Shown: positions 12,257 through 25,635, counted from the first letter of the stretch. The stretch: DNA of 64,000 nt from Podarcis gaigeae (GCA_964106915.2 OZ066917.1), one strand, 5' to 3'. Notes: generated by a model not told the origin, from the letters alone. A program made the numbers and translations.

Positions 12257-13221
12257 GTATGCTGTGTCTTCATAGGAACAAGCCTGTTTTCTTTAGCCAT
12301 CCAAGTTGATTCATGCAGGTCAGTGAGAGAAGCTGTGCTGAAGTAGAGCAGTGTGGCAGCCCAGGAGCTGATGGGCTCCAGCTCCCATTAGCCCAAGCCA
12401 GAATACCCCATGCCCAGGGGTGATGGGAGTTGTAGTCAAGCAATGTATGGAAGGCCACGTGTTCACCATTTCTGTGCTAGCAACTATTCAGCAGAGTAGC
12501 TCTTGTTGCAAATCGGGAAACCAAGACAGCTCTGGCAAGAGAGGAAATCATGTGTCTTCCTTCAACTCCCTCCTCAAACATCACATTTTTTTGTCTTTTG
12601 TGTTAATTGTTTTAACACTTCTCCTTTTTATCTTTCTCTCCATCCCCCCAAAATGTATTGCCTTTTACACTGGCAAAATAGATAAGCTCTTTCTTGCTGT
12701 CGTTGCTTATGAAAATCTCCAAAGTAGCTTGTAAAATTATTTAATCGACTGAATTTCTCTTAGATCTTACCTAGGACCTGATAACACAGAAGTAGGTTAC
12801 AAGAAGCAGTCAGTATGATATCAGGGAGGGGTTGGGCCCAATTCTGTAATTCCCTCCTTAGGGTGTATCTGTGCTCCCAATATTAGATTGATCCCCAGTG
12901 CATCATATGAACAGATAACACATCCTGAGTTGGACCTAGTAAGTGGTCCAAGGTGGGATATTGGCAAAGGCCTGCTACTCCACTTTATCTCAGGTTTGGC
13001 ACTAAAGATTAAACTGGATGTGGGAAAAGCTTGCATGCCGAGACATTTTAAGGGGTTACATCAGTTACAGCAGAGGGAATACTGAATACTGTATGCTGAA
13101 CATGACTATTACGGATGCTTAGGCTTTTAAGTGGCCAAGGATTGTTTTGTTGTTTTATCCTGAGATCAATAGATATAGAGTAGGCTAGAAATGTTGTAAT
13201 AGGAAAAATAATGCTCTAGCT

Positions 13222-13357
13222 CAGTGTTTCCCAACCTTGTGCCTCCAGCTGTTTTTGGACTACAATTCCCATCATCCCTTGCCACTGGTCTTGCTAGTCA
13301 GGGATGATGGGAGTTGTAGTTCAAAAACAGCTGGAGGTACAAGGTTGGGAAACACTG
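13222..13357. mobile_element. hAT MITE, same family as 7813-7948
   Basis: Palindrome CAGTGTTTCCCAACCTTGT...ACAAGGTTGGGAAACACTG; the TSD is imperfect. Older degenerate copies lie near 4725-4830, 9490-9630, 11740-11860, 12350-12480, 16080-16200, 43230-43340 and 62278-62990. Confidence 0.8.
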
Positions 13358-13681
13358 CGAGTCTAGCTGGGTAAACCAGTATAATTATCTATCAGTAAAA
13401 GCAAAGCATGTAACAGCAATAAAAATATGTGCTTTCAACATTCAGGGCTCCCTTTCTTTATGGATTTGTCTGAAAAAGCCGTGCACCGTCATTATGGAGC
13501 TTCTTTCTCCGAGATGCTTCTAACCACCCCAGGGTTTCCTGCAGCCGAGTTTGAAAGCCATTTTTGTACAACAATACGCCTCACTGAATACTTAAAACTT
13601 GTAGGAAATGAAATGAAATGAAACCTAGGTTCCTCATTGTAAACTTTCCCCTATCCTACTGTTGTCCTTCTGATCCAGTCT

Positions 13682-13820
13682 CATAGAATTCTATGGTTGG
13701 AAGAGGTCCTGGGATTCATCAAGTCCAACCCCTGCAATGCAGGAATCCTGTCCACCGCTGTCCCAGGGTGGGCTCGAACCACCAACCTTCTGGTTAACAG
13801 CCAGATGCATTGACCCATTA
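13682..13820 (-). mobile_element. tRNA-Asn-derived SINE with CR1-like tail
   Basis: Minus strand reads ...TGGCTGTTAACCAGAAGGTTGGTGGTTCGAGCCCACCCTGGGAC, matching the tRNA-Asn(GTT) anticodon arm, B box and 3' half. It is followed by a CR1-like tail ...CTTCCAACCATAGAATTCTATG. A related partial copy lies at about 58716-58790. Confidence 0.7.
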
Positions 13821-13868
13821 TGCAATTGTTTTAAAATTACTGGTTTTATATTTTAATTTTTTACTGTA

Positions 13869-14235
13869 CCGTATATACTTGAGTATAAGCCGACCCAAAT
13901 ATAAGCTGAGGCACCTAATTTTACCACAGAAATAATTGGGAAAACTTACTGACTAGAGTGTAAGCCAGTTCACCACACCACAAACCTCCTGGTGGGCCGG
14001 AGTGCCTGTGCGTGTAGATGGCAACTAACAGACAAACAAGCAGAAAACTGACAGCGGCAAAGGCGGAGGAGGAGGAAGCAGCCGTCAGAAAGGGCTGCTT
14101 TTGGGCTGCTCGTTCCTCCACCGCCACCACCTCCGACAGTGGCAAAGGGGACCCTCACTCGAGTACAAGCCGAGGAGAGCTTTTTCAGCATAAAAAATGT
14201 GCTGAAAAGGTCGGCTTATACACGAGTATGTATGG
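13869..14235. mobile_element. Tc1/mariner-superfamily (pogo/Tigger-like) non-autonomous DNA transposon
   Basis: TIRs of about 27 bp, CCGTATATACTTGAGTATAAGCCGACC / GGTCGGCTTATACACGAGTATGTATGG, flanked by TA at 13867-68 and 14236-37. Confidence 0.8.
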
Positions 14236-14782
14236 TAACTTGCTGTTTGGTTTTTATATTGCTTTTGTAAACTGCTTGGGTCTTTCTTTTTGAAGTAAGC
14301 AGTATATAAATTTGTTAAATAAACAAACAAAATGAATATTGTGCCACTTCAGGTAATTATGTTGCCTGACTGTGGCAGCCAGCATTGTAGTAGGTAACAT
14401 AAGACATGGGAGGAAATGGTAATCAAGACATATGAATGGTCCCATTCATATGTCTTGAACTGAAATCTGTCCTCTACATGAAGATGTTTTCAGGTTGTTC
14501 AAGTTAAAACTAAAGGCTTGTTGTTTTTAAAGGGAATCACTCACTTGCTTATTGTAACAGTAATATAACTATTCATATATTTATCTGTTCACATTGTTCT
14601 TTGTCTTTAGACTTAGAGGAATGGCCTAGTTCCTTGTCTAACACAACTTGTTCAAGTGCATGTCCATGTTATGATATCTAACGATAAGCACATGTGTGTC
14701 CATGCCTGATCTAAAGTATTGGTGCCATTTGTCACTGCAGCCTTAGAGTTGTTATTTTAATTCACACTATGCTGTCTTTTAG

Positions 14783-14883
14783 GCACATGATCTGCCTAGT
14801 TGCCCTATTCTGAAGAGTTTCATGGAACTGATTGAGCAGAGGGCTATAGACTCACTCCTTTATGTCACAAAATCGAATTTAAG
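14783..14883 (+). CDS. ACP6: ACP6 coding exon 7
   Basis: Acceptor TCTTTTAG|GCA. Translates [34 protein letters not shown]. Donor AG|GTGAGC. 101 nt. Confidence 0.9.
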
Positions 14884-15159
14884 GTGAGCAGTCCCAGGGA
14901 TGGTATGGGTGGTAAGCCTGGGGATATCTGCAAGACAAACACAGAATCACTCTTCTGTTTTAAAACATGGACTTCTTGTGCAGACTAGTCATGTGTGTCG
15001 TCATGTGTGTCCCTGCTAGCCAGGAACCTTTACTTTTAAACCTGCTCATATTCCGATTAAGTTCTGCCAGTTATCTAGAACTGTTAAAAGATGTTGCAAC
15101 TCTTGTTAGAAACATTTTTTTTAAAAAATGGATCTCTGTTTTGTTTTATTTCTGACTAG

Positions 15160-15255
15160 AGAGTCTCTCAAGATGTCAGTTGGTCCTCTACTCAATATAA
15201 TAGAGAAGAACATTAAGGCGGCAATGAACCCTTCCTCTCCTGAAATCAAGGCCAG
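15160..15255 (+). CDS. ACP6: ACP6 coding exon 8
   Basis: Acceptor TTTCTGACTAG|A. Translates ESLKMSVGPLLNIIEKNIKAAMNPSSPEIKAR. Donor AG|GTATGT. 96 nt. Confidence 0.9.
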
Positions 15256-15706
15256 GTATGTAGATTATTGGTATTTACGGTCTTGGCAGAATATCCCATT
15301 GAGCAGCATCTACAAGCTAAAAACATTGAAAAGGGAAATGGGACAAATCAAGGGGAGCAGGAGTTGATGGAACAGTGACAATTGCACCATTTAAGATGTG
15401 TGTATATATTTTTAACTGGGTAAAGGTGACTTGTAAATATTCTAACTTTAAATGGAAGTTATGTAGAACTTAGCTCACAAAAGCAGTTTCATATGAACAA
15501 ATACAAACTAGGTGCTTGTATGTGGAAGACAGAACAAAAAGGAGAGGAAGGAATGCTATTAGCCTGATAATTCTCAATTTAGCTTATTACATCTACCAAC
15601 TGACTTGAGATTCAGTGTAAATGGAAAATGCAGCTGCAATGGCTGCTATACACAATGTATGTCATGAGCAAGACTGAATTATTGGTCACTTCTTCTTTTA
15701 TTTTAG

Positions 15707-15866
15707 AAAGCTTGCTCTGTATGCTATTCACGATGTTACCCTCTTCCCACTGCTATTGGCTCTGGGGGTCTTTGATTCCAAGTGGCCTCCATACGCAGCA
15801 GACATGACAGTAGAACTCTACCAGCGTTCCAAGGACTGGTTTATACGGCTGCTCTACAATGGAGAG
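15707..15866 (+). CDS. ACP6: ACP6 coding exon 9 (catalytic HD motif)
   Basis: Acceptor TTATTTTAG|A. Translates [53 protein letters not shown]. Donor GAG|GTAGGA. 160 nt. Confidence 0.93.
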
Positions 15867-16301
15867 GTAGGAGGCTCCATGGTGATGATGTTACACATAT
15901 AAATGGGACCTCAAGTGAGATTTGGGCAGGAGGCAAATTCCATACTCTAGCTTGCACAACATCTAAATACAAAGGCTGTTAACAGATAAATCACTGAATC
16001 TGAAATGCGGGGATCTCATACCTGTTTCAAACTAACTTTTGGTAACTTTTAAAGCAACTCTCTTTGCAAGGCTGGCAGTAGTGATGCTGTATGTCAGGAT
16101 ATCAGGACTCTGGCCCTCTAGTTGTCACTTGACTACAAATCCCATCATCTCTGACCACTGACTGGTACTGTTAGGAGTCTAATAGAATCTGGAGGACCAC
16201 AAAGTGTACGAGATTTTTTTTATTTTTATTTTTGCCCAAGGGCCTCTTGTAATGGCAGTTGTTTGGTGACGTTAATGTTGATTTGTCTTGTCTTTCCGCA
16301 G

Positions 16302-16415
16302 GAGCTGGTTCCAAGAGGATGCAGAGCTGGTCTCTGTCCGCTGGAGGATTTTCTAAATGCCCTTTCAACTTACAGTGCTAATCCAGAGGAATATAAAATG
16401 CTTTGCTCTCAGTGA
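16302..16415 (+). CDS. ACP6: ACP6 coding exon 10 (last); total CDS 1242 nt, 413 aa
   Basis: Acceptor TTTCCGCAG|GAG. Translates [37 protein letters not shown], with TGA at 16413-16415. Confidence 0.92.
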   Translation, partial: ELVPRGCRAGLCPLEDFLNALSTYSANPEEYKMLCSQ

Positions 16416-18224
16416 GAAGAGACGTAGAAGAGATAAATGATTAGTAATACTAAAACATTTCAAACGCCATAAAGAAAAGTGTCATTTACTTCTGGTTTAA
16501 CTCTGCTAACAGGACAGTTCAAGTAATGTAAAGTATAACAGGGATGAATGCTGCTGCTACATTTTGAAAATTGGGTCCCTGGCTGCGGTAAGAGTTGGTG
16601 GTGGCTTAATATCCAAAAAGTTGTTACTGTAACCCAGTTTTTCAAATTAATGGAATCTTTCAGATGGCAGCCAAGTGATAGCCCTCTGCTGACAGAAGGC
16701 ATACACCAGTGAAAAGGGGAGGCAAGGCAATTTTAAATAATCCCTGTCCCTAGCCAAAGCTGCTCCAAAAGATCCCAACCCGGAAACAGGGGGTTCCTGA
16801 AAATTGCCTCTCAGTAAGAGAACATTAATTGGACACCAACCGCTCTGCACCTACTGCTACATTTGCTTTTGAGCTCCACTAAGACATTCAATGTGCTGAA
16901 GCTAGTGCTACTCTTTGTTTTAAGTTCCCTGTGGTCCTTTAGCAGCTAAACTGAACCACTAAACTAGTCTTTCAAAATTCTCAATTAAGGCATTTTACTG
17001 GAGCTTAACTTTCATTCCAGGACACCTATATATAGCCTTGCTGTTGTCAGAAGCTACAGCCATTAGCAGGGCAAAGTCTCTTTCCTTGGAACCTTCAACC
17101 AGCCACTTTATTATAATTATTGCCATATTCACTTTATAACCGAAGTGTTGCTTGATATGGCTAGGTAGGCCAGAGGTGAACTGTTGTGGAAATGCTACAG
17201 TTAGCTAAAATGCAAAAACATGGAAGCGGGCCGATAGAAGCCTGGAAAGATGTAATTGGATACAAGCACTTTGTCAGACTGAATGCTAAAAGCAGGCAGC
17301 AATGTTAATATAACTAACCCAAAGACAAGACAGGTGGATAGTCACTGGGTATTCAAAATGGCTGTTACTTATTGTAACAGAAGCATGTTGAATCAGATTG
17401 GTGTTGTGCCCTGTGGGTTATAGGGAATACAAATTGACAACCCAAATCAGTGCAAATGCTACAGCAACCTCTGTACCTGAAACATAGGGTTAGTAATAGT
17501 TTGCTCCCTCTAGTAAAAGGGAACTGCATCCTGGAAGAACCTGTTTTGTGTAGCTGGAGAAAACTTGACACATCACAAATATGGATCTTCCAAAGGAATA
17601 CTGGGGTAGGTGAGGTTAGTTGTTGAAACAGACTTTGAAAATAAAGAGGTAAGAAGTCTCAAGGTTTTTATATACAAAGGCGCTAGCTCACTGGCCCTTT
17701 CCTAATGAATGTAAACAGATACCAAACTCATGGCTGTTCAAATATTCAGTTGATACTATGATTGTATTACAACTGATTCCGAGGAAATGGGAGTTACTAC
17801 CTACAGCTTGATCAGTACTCAGGCTTTGGAGTTGGAGATCTTCATCTGAAACTTATTTTGGATTACTGAAGGTAAACATTTTACAACTTAATTCATTTTC
17901 TGGTTGCCTGTCTAGAGTGGATATCTCTGTTCCTGAGCAGCTGCTCACTGCTAGGGGATCTTCACCTGTGCGCCCATGTTAAGGCTAACCTGCCCCCATG
18001 ACAAAGGTGAGACTGGTAGCACAGCCATGCCCTTCTACACCTAGAGAGGGTGAAAGGGGTTTAAGAAGCAGCCTACGCCGTGTGCAACATAAAAACCTTA
18101 TCAGAAGGATGCGATCTGAAACTCATACGCAAGCACTTTAAACCTGATACAAACAGGCATACTTAGAAGCAAGCTAGATTGTAGCAAAGGAGGAAAGAAA
18201 TAGCTTTTGTAAGAAACAATATAT

Positions 18225-18230
18225 TTTATT
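18225..18230 (-). terminator. BCL9: BCL9 polyadenylation signal AATAAA (3'UTR about 18210-19266)
   Basis: TTTATT on +, about 1 kb past the BCL9 stop, followed on the minus strand by a U-rich stretch. Confidence 0.65.
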
Positions 18231-19266
18231 TTTCTGACACCACAGCCCTGGCAAGTGGTTTTGTACCAAATTTAATGGAGGTTACACAGAGAACGTTTTA
18301 CGCTGGGGAACAAAAAAAAAAGATAGCCACAAAAAAGGTCAGGTTAACTTTTAGTGTCTGTTCCACTCCCACATTAATAAAGTCACCGGGGGGGGGGGGG
18401 TCCTAAGAAAAGGAGAACGAACAGTAAGACTACTGTAGAATGTAACAGTGTCAAAGTCCAGCCTCCTCCTGAAAGTAGCAACGCTCTCAGAATGAGAAGG
18501 GGCTCTCCTACATATACTCCCCAAAAATAATACAATGTATTGCAGCTGCCAGAGGAGGAGACAGTAAAGGGAGGGGGGGCAAGATGCTTTTTTTTTTTTT
18601 TAAGAGTGGGAGGGAGAGACAAAGGTGCTTGACAGCACTCCATAATTTGAAAAATATGTCCTTAACTTATTTATTTTTTTAAGATTCCCCCTCACTGAAC
18701 TTAAGTTCCTTTTGTGCTTTTCATTAATACTCTGCTCTGAGGTCGTAGTTTGGTTTTTCTATACATTGGAGTTGAAGGAAAATAGTCCAAAGTTCTGAAG
18801 ATGGATTTTCCACCTAAAAGTAAACAGCCTCTCACCCCAAAGACTAAAGTCTCTGCTAAAATCCCTTTTACAATATAGTACAGTACACAAAAATAACCCC
18901 CCCAAAATAACCAAGAGTCCTGGGAGAAGCCAGTCCAAAGGACGTAAACATACAGAGAGAATGGTGCAACTTGTGACAAATGGCAATTCTCAAAATACAG
19001 CTACAGATTCTCAAAGCAGGTGCCATCACAGGATATCCAAGTACACAAAAATAATTTTTAAAAAATAAATTTTAAAAAAACAACCTGTTAAAATGAATTC
19101 ATTTGTTTTCAGGTAATTCCATACATTCGAGATTTCCCAAAGCATCCTCTGGTCTGTTTTTTTACCTATTGCATGGCCAAACTGTGCTCCTGGAGCTCTC
19201 AGGCAGCCCTCAGGACCTGGAATCTCATCTCAACAAGGATCGAACCATCCAGTCTTATGTAGCAGC

Positions 19267-20360
19267 TTAAAACATCATGTTCCCTGGATTTCCAGGGCCT
19301 TGGCTAAATCCTCCCATTCCTACATCAGCAGCCATTCCCCGGGGTCTCATCTGTGGAGGAATCATGATGTTCTGTTGGGGTCCTATCATGCCCTGCATTG
19401 ACATCATCATACCAGGTGAACCCACAGGTCCCGGATGGCTGTAGAGCCCAGTAGGAGCGCGGTCCTTGCCTGGAATCATGCCTACTGGGTTGCTCATTAG
19501 AGTGGGCTGGCCAGGCATGGTTGGTTGTGCTGGTGACATCATCCGATGGTGAGGTCCCATCATGCCTTGTTGCAGGAAGGCAGGAGGTCTCATTGGGTTG
19601 TGACCTGGCATGGATGACGCTCCTCCAAGAGAAATATCAGGTGCGCCCACCGGCCCCCCCATGCCAGCTAATGCCAGCCCCATTCTCGGATTCTGTTCTG
19701 CCATCATTCCCTGCATGTGAGAAAACCCAGGCCCAACACCCTGTGGCTGCTTGCGGCCCGGTACTTCCCCACGAGGGAAATACTGTAGTGTCTGGCTAGG
19801 CTTCTCTGATGGAATAATCCTGGACAGGTCGAATTCTGGTATTCCAGTAGCTCCAGGGCGAATCACTTCCTGCAGCTCCGGGTCGGTAAAAACTGAAGGC
19901 ATGTTGTTTCCTAGGACAGTGAAAGAATCGGGTCCTCCGGGACCTCCAGACTTGCAAAGTGCGGGATCCGTTGAACTTTGGGGCATGCTGGTGGGACGTC
20001 CCAGAGGTCCCTCACCGTGGAAGCTCATTCCAGCTGGGAAGTTGCCTTGTCCTCCACTCGGTCCATTATGTGGAAATGGCACCTGCTGGGGAGGGGACTG
20101 TACTGGAGGAAACCCCTGTGGGAAGCCCAGGCGTCCTTGAGGTACCATTGGTGGATCCTGGGAACCATGACCCATCATTGGATTGTGTGACATCAGGCCA
20201 GGGACCCCATGAGGAGGTATACTGGGTCCCATAGCATTTGGAGAGGGCATCTGGTTACTGTGAGTTAGAGGCTGCGTCATTCCCATTGGGCTAAGAGTTG
20301 GCATCGGGCCCACCTGGTTGGGACCTGAACTGCGAGGATTCTGGGGGTTAATGCCCATTC
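19267..20360 (-). CDS. BCL9: BCL9 last coding exon; total CDS 4242 nt, 1413 aa
   Basis: Acceptor TTCTCTCTAG|GA. Conserved VIRPGATGIPEFDLSRIIPSEKPSQTLQYFP block. Ends PGNPGNMMF* with TAA at 19267-69. 1094 nt. Confidence 0.95.
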
Positions 20361-21822
20361 CTAGAGAGAATGGGAGGGGGAAAAGGTTAAGATTAGAGCA
20401 AGTAGGTGATAATACAAAAAGCTTTCAGGAATGGCAAGTACAGCATACGTGACTTCTAATGTGAAAATGAGTAATCTATGGATAGCTAAATATCTCATTG
20501 CTATACTACAGCCTTGCATAAAATAAGGACCACGTCGAAAGCACACCAACACAAAGAGGTTGTCCCAGATGCTGACATATTTTCGATCAGAGACCGTTGC
20601 ACATACTGGAATCTCTCAATACAAAGACAAATGTCAAAGGGGAGGTTTCATGCTGATGAAGGTAACAAACAATTGCTGAAATGAGGGAACCCTTTCCATT
20701 GTTGACTTCTCTGCCAAGGCAACCCGATCACACTGTAATAAGGCATGATCAAGGGTTTACAGAGGACAAGGGAAGCCCCAAGTATGCCCTAGAAAACATC
20801 CACCATTTTCACCAGGGTGAATCAGAAGTATTACGCAAGCTTAAAAAGAATGGGGGTAACAATTTGGTCCTTTCCTTGAGGTATTCCATAAGTGACTGAT
20901 ACAACAGCAGAACAATGGAATTTAACCCTTCTCTAGAAGGGAAAACGATGCAAATTAACTCCAGATCCTTCTGCAAGAAGCCACTAAAGGCGAAGGCAGT
21001 TATAAGAAAGGTCTCCAGGAATAACACTGCCTACAAAAAGAGGGGGTCCAGAACAGAGGCAGAGTGTGTCATTCTGGAGTTGCTTGGCACAGCTAAGCTC
21101 CAAATCTTCCACAACCAGCTCACTACATTTTACTGTTGTAAGATTCTAGTCACTTGAACTGATTTATCTCACTATTTTCATGAGGTTGGTTAAAAGAGCA
21201 AAGGTGTGCCTTTTCAAAATAAAAGTACTACCACCTAAAGTCTAACCAACCTGAATCAAGAACCTGGACGCACTTAATCTGAGCCTCAACACCTTTCTGT
21301 GAAGAAGAGAAGTTGTCATTCTTCTAAGTCAGCTTGACATAAACTCAACAGTTTTTAAAACTCCTCTTAATCCAATTGGAGTCAAACAAACTCTTGACAT
21401 AATTTCTCACTTCCTTGGAGAGAACTTGTTTCTGGGTTCTAAGAAAGACCCAACTGAAACAGCCACAAGCAAGTAACAGAACACACTACATCAATATCAG
21501 AATGATTCTTAGACTGGTAAGTGGCTTTCATGTAAGCTATGATAAAACGTGATCACTTGAGACACACAGAGACATAATCCCTAGTCTTTTTTCACAAATT
21601 ACACTTGGTGTAATAGTTTGCGCTATATTTGCAAGTCACAATGCTCCATTTTCAATGTGGATAACTACTGCTGGAAAGTTAAAACTGTGAAAAAAGAGAG
21701 AAGGGTATGATTTATGTAACTGCCTACATCAGCAGCCTCCTGCCAAACACTTGGGTTAAGTTACACAGGCTGTTTGCTGCCCCCATCTTAAGCTGTCCAT
21801 CCTGTGTGAGTAGTTCCTGAAA

Positions 21823-21864
21823 ACTATTTCAGTGAGGCTATTTCAGTGAGACTATTTCAGTGTG
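21823..21864. repeat. 14-bp tandem repeat x3
   Basis: ACTATTTCAGTGAG GCTATTTCAGTGAG ACTATTTCAGTGTG. Confidence 0.85.
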
Positions 21865-21971
21865 TCACTGTTTTGCCACATGCAAGTTGCAATTTCATTA
21901 GCTTCTCCCTATGATATTCTCCAAACCACATGCTACCAGCCACAGCACACCTATACAGAATTGTTTCTTAC

Positions 21972-22232
21972 CCGAAAGATTGTTCATAGGTGGCAGGTTT
22001 GGGGAACGTGCTGGAGGAGAGTCATCATCTGAGGAAGCTACAGTCTTGATAGCATCATGGTAGAGTGGAGTAGAACTGGGCATTGCAAACTTGGACATCC
22101 GGGACATCATGATGGAGAGAGGATTTTGAGACAGAGTAGGCTCTGGGGGCATTGTGTATGGACTGCTAGAAGGAAGATTTCCAGGAAGAGTCACAGGAGC
22201 AGCCTGGCTAACCGTTGAAGGGGGTGCACCAC
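21972..22232 (-). CDS. BCL9: BCL9 coding exon 6
   Basis: Acceptor TTATTTAG|GT. Contains LSQNPLSIMMSRMSKFAMPSSTPLYHDAIKTVASSDDD. Donor G|GTAAGA. 261 nt. Confidence 0.94.
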
Positions 22233-25200
22233 CTAAATAAATAAATACAAGTTAGCCTTTAACAACTAGTTACCTTGCCTAGAATACTTTGGAAGTTTCA
22301 CTCAACAGCTTCCTGTTGGGTCTGGGTTAAATGCCAATTTGACCATATGAAACTTATTTATATCAAATAATATCACTGGTTAATCTGGCCCTGTATTACT
22401 GTCTACTCTGATTGGCAGCAGCTGTCCTCAGGCAGAGCGCTTTCCCCCAAGCCCTGAAAAAGGGAACTGTGCCCCTCCTTCGCTCCCTCACCCCTCTCTC
22501 ATGCATACCACAGTACATCAATATACCACAAGGCAACTGCTCCATAATCAGGCTGTCTGCAGTTTATTTAGTGCTTCATTCTCAATGACACACACGTTAC
22601 CCTACACTATATGCAACAGGAAGTTCATTTTCAGCCACACACAAGGACAACACTTGTGTACCACAAAGTCCAGGTATCTGAGGACAACCAAGCCTTCAAG
22701 ATGCTGTGACACTCTTACATTGGATGAAGAGGGTTCTGACTTAAGAGGCATAAATCATAATCCCACAAGTTCACCCCCACTGGCTTCTCTGCCAATATAC
22801 CAAATGCTCAGAGAAAAGCACACATCCCTAGAAGAGTGGACTCTGGTCCCCTCTTGAATCCACTAAGACAACTGTATTGCAATGAAGTTGTTGTGAGCTG
22901 TCCCGTGTGGTGGGCACTAAAAGCGTAGGATATAAAATTTTAAATAAATAAATCTCTGGGACAATAGCAAGCCATAACAGCAATAGCAACTACACAGCCC
23001 AGTCCATCAATGGTCTTTCTGCATAAATGAAGCTTGAGTGTGTGTACATCAGGGACTAGATCTACTTTCTCCTGGTAACACTAGTTCCGTAAGTACTTAC
23101 AAGGATGGTACTATAATCTGCAGTTATGCACGAAATACACACTGTATTACCATAAACTGAATTTCAGACCTTGTTACAAAAGAATTATATGAATCAAGGT
23201 ATTCAGACAAATCAACGAAGAGGAAGAACTAATAAAATAACTGCAGGAAAGGGAAGAGGAGAGGTTATTTTCATACTGGATCCTTCAAGCCATTTGCTTT
23301 TTGAGAGCCCAGGTGTCAGAATCTCAACAAAATGCTACTTTCCCTGCTAAATCCCAGTTTCTCAGCAATCTGGACAGCTCATTATCATCACAACTGCTAG
23401 AAAAACTATTTTACGCCCAGGAAATGCAACTACTATGCCTGGTTTTTTGTGTGCAGAACACCAGAATCTCTCAAGACTAGAATGACAGGCACTAACTGGA
23501 TAATGTCCCTTGACATCCCTACCAGCCATAGTAGCTCCAAACATCCATGCATGCTTCATGCCATTCAGCAATGCCTGCTGCTGAGACAAAGGAGGGAGGA
23601 CCTGGCTCACAGAGAGACCAGGAAGAGAGCAAGTGCCTTTTAAAAAGAAGGGGGGGCTCATTTTCATAAATACAACAAATAGTAGAGAGAACAAACTTGC
23701 CTGTGCAAAAATGTACACCCTCCAGCTACCTAATGGTTGGAATCCCAACAAATAGAACAGTTACGCTGTGATGCATATATGAAGCAAAGCTGAACAGCTT
23801 GGGAGAGTTCAGAAGTTTAAACGCTATTATTAAATGTGCTGTTTCACATAAGAGCACTAACCAGCTTACTAAAAGTTCCATTTCTTATTCAACAATGCAC
23901 CACGAGCTATCACTGCGTATTTTTAACACATGTCAGACAAGGTCAATGTTTTCCACTGTCAACCCAAGTCTCTCAAGCAAGATTTCATTCCAATTGTGAT
24001 GGAATGAAATCAGGAGTGTCTGGATTTGTCTGCAGACAGAAGAAATGGCAGTGACTATGCATTGGCTGCAAATCCAGCTACCATCAACCAAAGCATCAAG
24101 ATGAGAGAGGGGAGACAGAGAGAAGCTTGTTCCAAATCTAGTGTTTTTCAATGCGGTCTCAAATGCTATTCTATAGTTTCAGAATTATTTCTAACTCTGA
24201 GTTTTATCAAAATGTAACTTAGATAATGTGTACTATTTGTCTAGAATAAAGTGTATGTAGGTCCTAATAAACCTAAAAATGTTTTATCACAATAAAACCC
24301 ATTGGAGAGCTGGGCCTCGGAGCTACAGGAGAGCTCCAAAAAGAGGGGTGGGGGAAAGCATGCCATTGCAGTGATTACTCTGAAACAGTAGAGGGCAATG
24401 CAGTCAAAGTGTTGTCTTGGTTGCCTTCCTAATTCCTGGAATAATGTGATTTCACAAACTGAAGAGCTCCCAAGGCTGGCTCCATCAAACAACTGCATGC
24501 AAACATTGCGCACCTGGGGACTTCCTTTATTAGAACCTTGCAGGATGAGAACAGCCAGTTGACTTTAAGCTATAAATCTGAAAGATTCAATGAGACTTGC
24601 AATTCTGTAGGGCAAACAGGACCATGTGAACCAAGAAAGGGGCTTATATTTTGTGTAAAGGCAAAAACCACTGCAGGCATCTGCCTAAAAACCATTCACA
24701 GCCAAATCTGTGATCTAATGTTAAACCAACTTCCTCCCAGGAGGGATCTGTGAAGCCAAGCAAGACACAAAGTTTACCAAATGCTGTTTACCATCTGAAT
24801 TGTTCAGTGAGGACAACTCTTCACAAAATGTCATGGTTTCAGGAATTTATATGCAATAATCCTTACAGTACAAAAATACTACAAGAACCAGCTTGTGATA
24901 TGCAAGAGAGCTGGTTCTAAGTTTCCATGGGAGGAACTCTCAAATCCGCAACAAATTTGCTTCAGAACAAGGCAAAGGAGTTTACTCCCCCGCCCCCCTT
25001 CTCACATCTATTCCACTTATGGAATATGAGGCTCCACTTATGGCATATAAGGTTGGATCCAGACATGCATGCCCTTCCGAGAAACATCTCAGATCCAGCA
25101 GAGGTTCCTGCTGGAGGAAAGGAAAAAAAAATTTGAAGTCCCCCCCCCCCCGAGGCCTCCAACAACACTTCCCATGGTGTTCCAGAAGGTCCCTCAACTC

Positions 25201-25635
25201 CCTAGTAGCTACAGAAGGAACTGCCTCTAGCAGCAGAGTGTTCTGCTGAGAGAACTCAATTTACCCAACACACGATACACTAGTAATCGCTCCAAGTCTA
25301 CCCTGTTTCAACCTAGCCTGTATACAAAAGACTATGTTTCTAAGCTAGTGAGAGTAATCAGTTTGTGCATCCATCTCTTCATAGTTCAATTATGTCCATA
25401 CATCAACTAGTACTATGACAATATCTTTACAGGGTTGTGCCCAACCCTTTACAGTCGTGTGCCCAACACAAAGCAGTTTAGGAGCGGAAAGGTAACAAGC
25501 TAGCCTGCCACGTCTGGTGCATCAAGTTGTCAATAAAAGGAATCAGAGCAGAGTTTGTTTAAAGGAAAGGTAGCGCCTTACTGACTATAAAGATAGTGAA
25601 GAAAAAGGATGGTAGAGAAAGCGAGCACAACTGAC

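Noticed and set aside
13760-13820. tRNA-Asn gene
   Set aside because: The 5' acceptor stem and D arm are degenerate and it is fused to a CR1-like tail, so it is a SINE head.
25559-25635. Hydrophobic C-terminal tail of the 737-aa BCL9 ORF
   Set aside because: Read-through into the intron past the G|GTCAGT donor. I saw no supporting polyA evidence.
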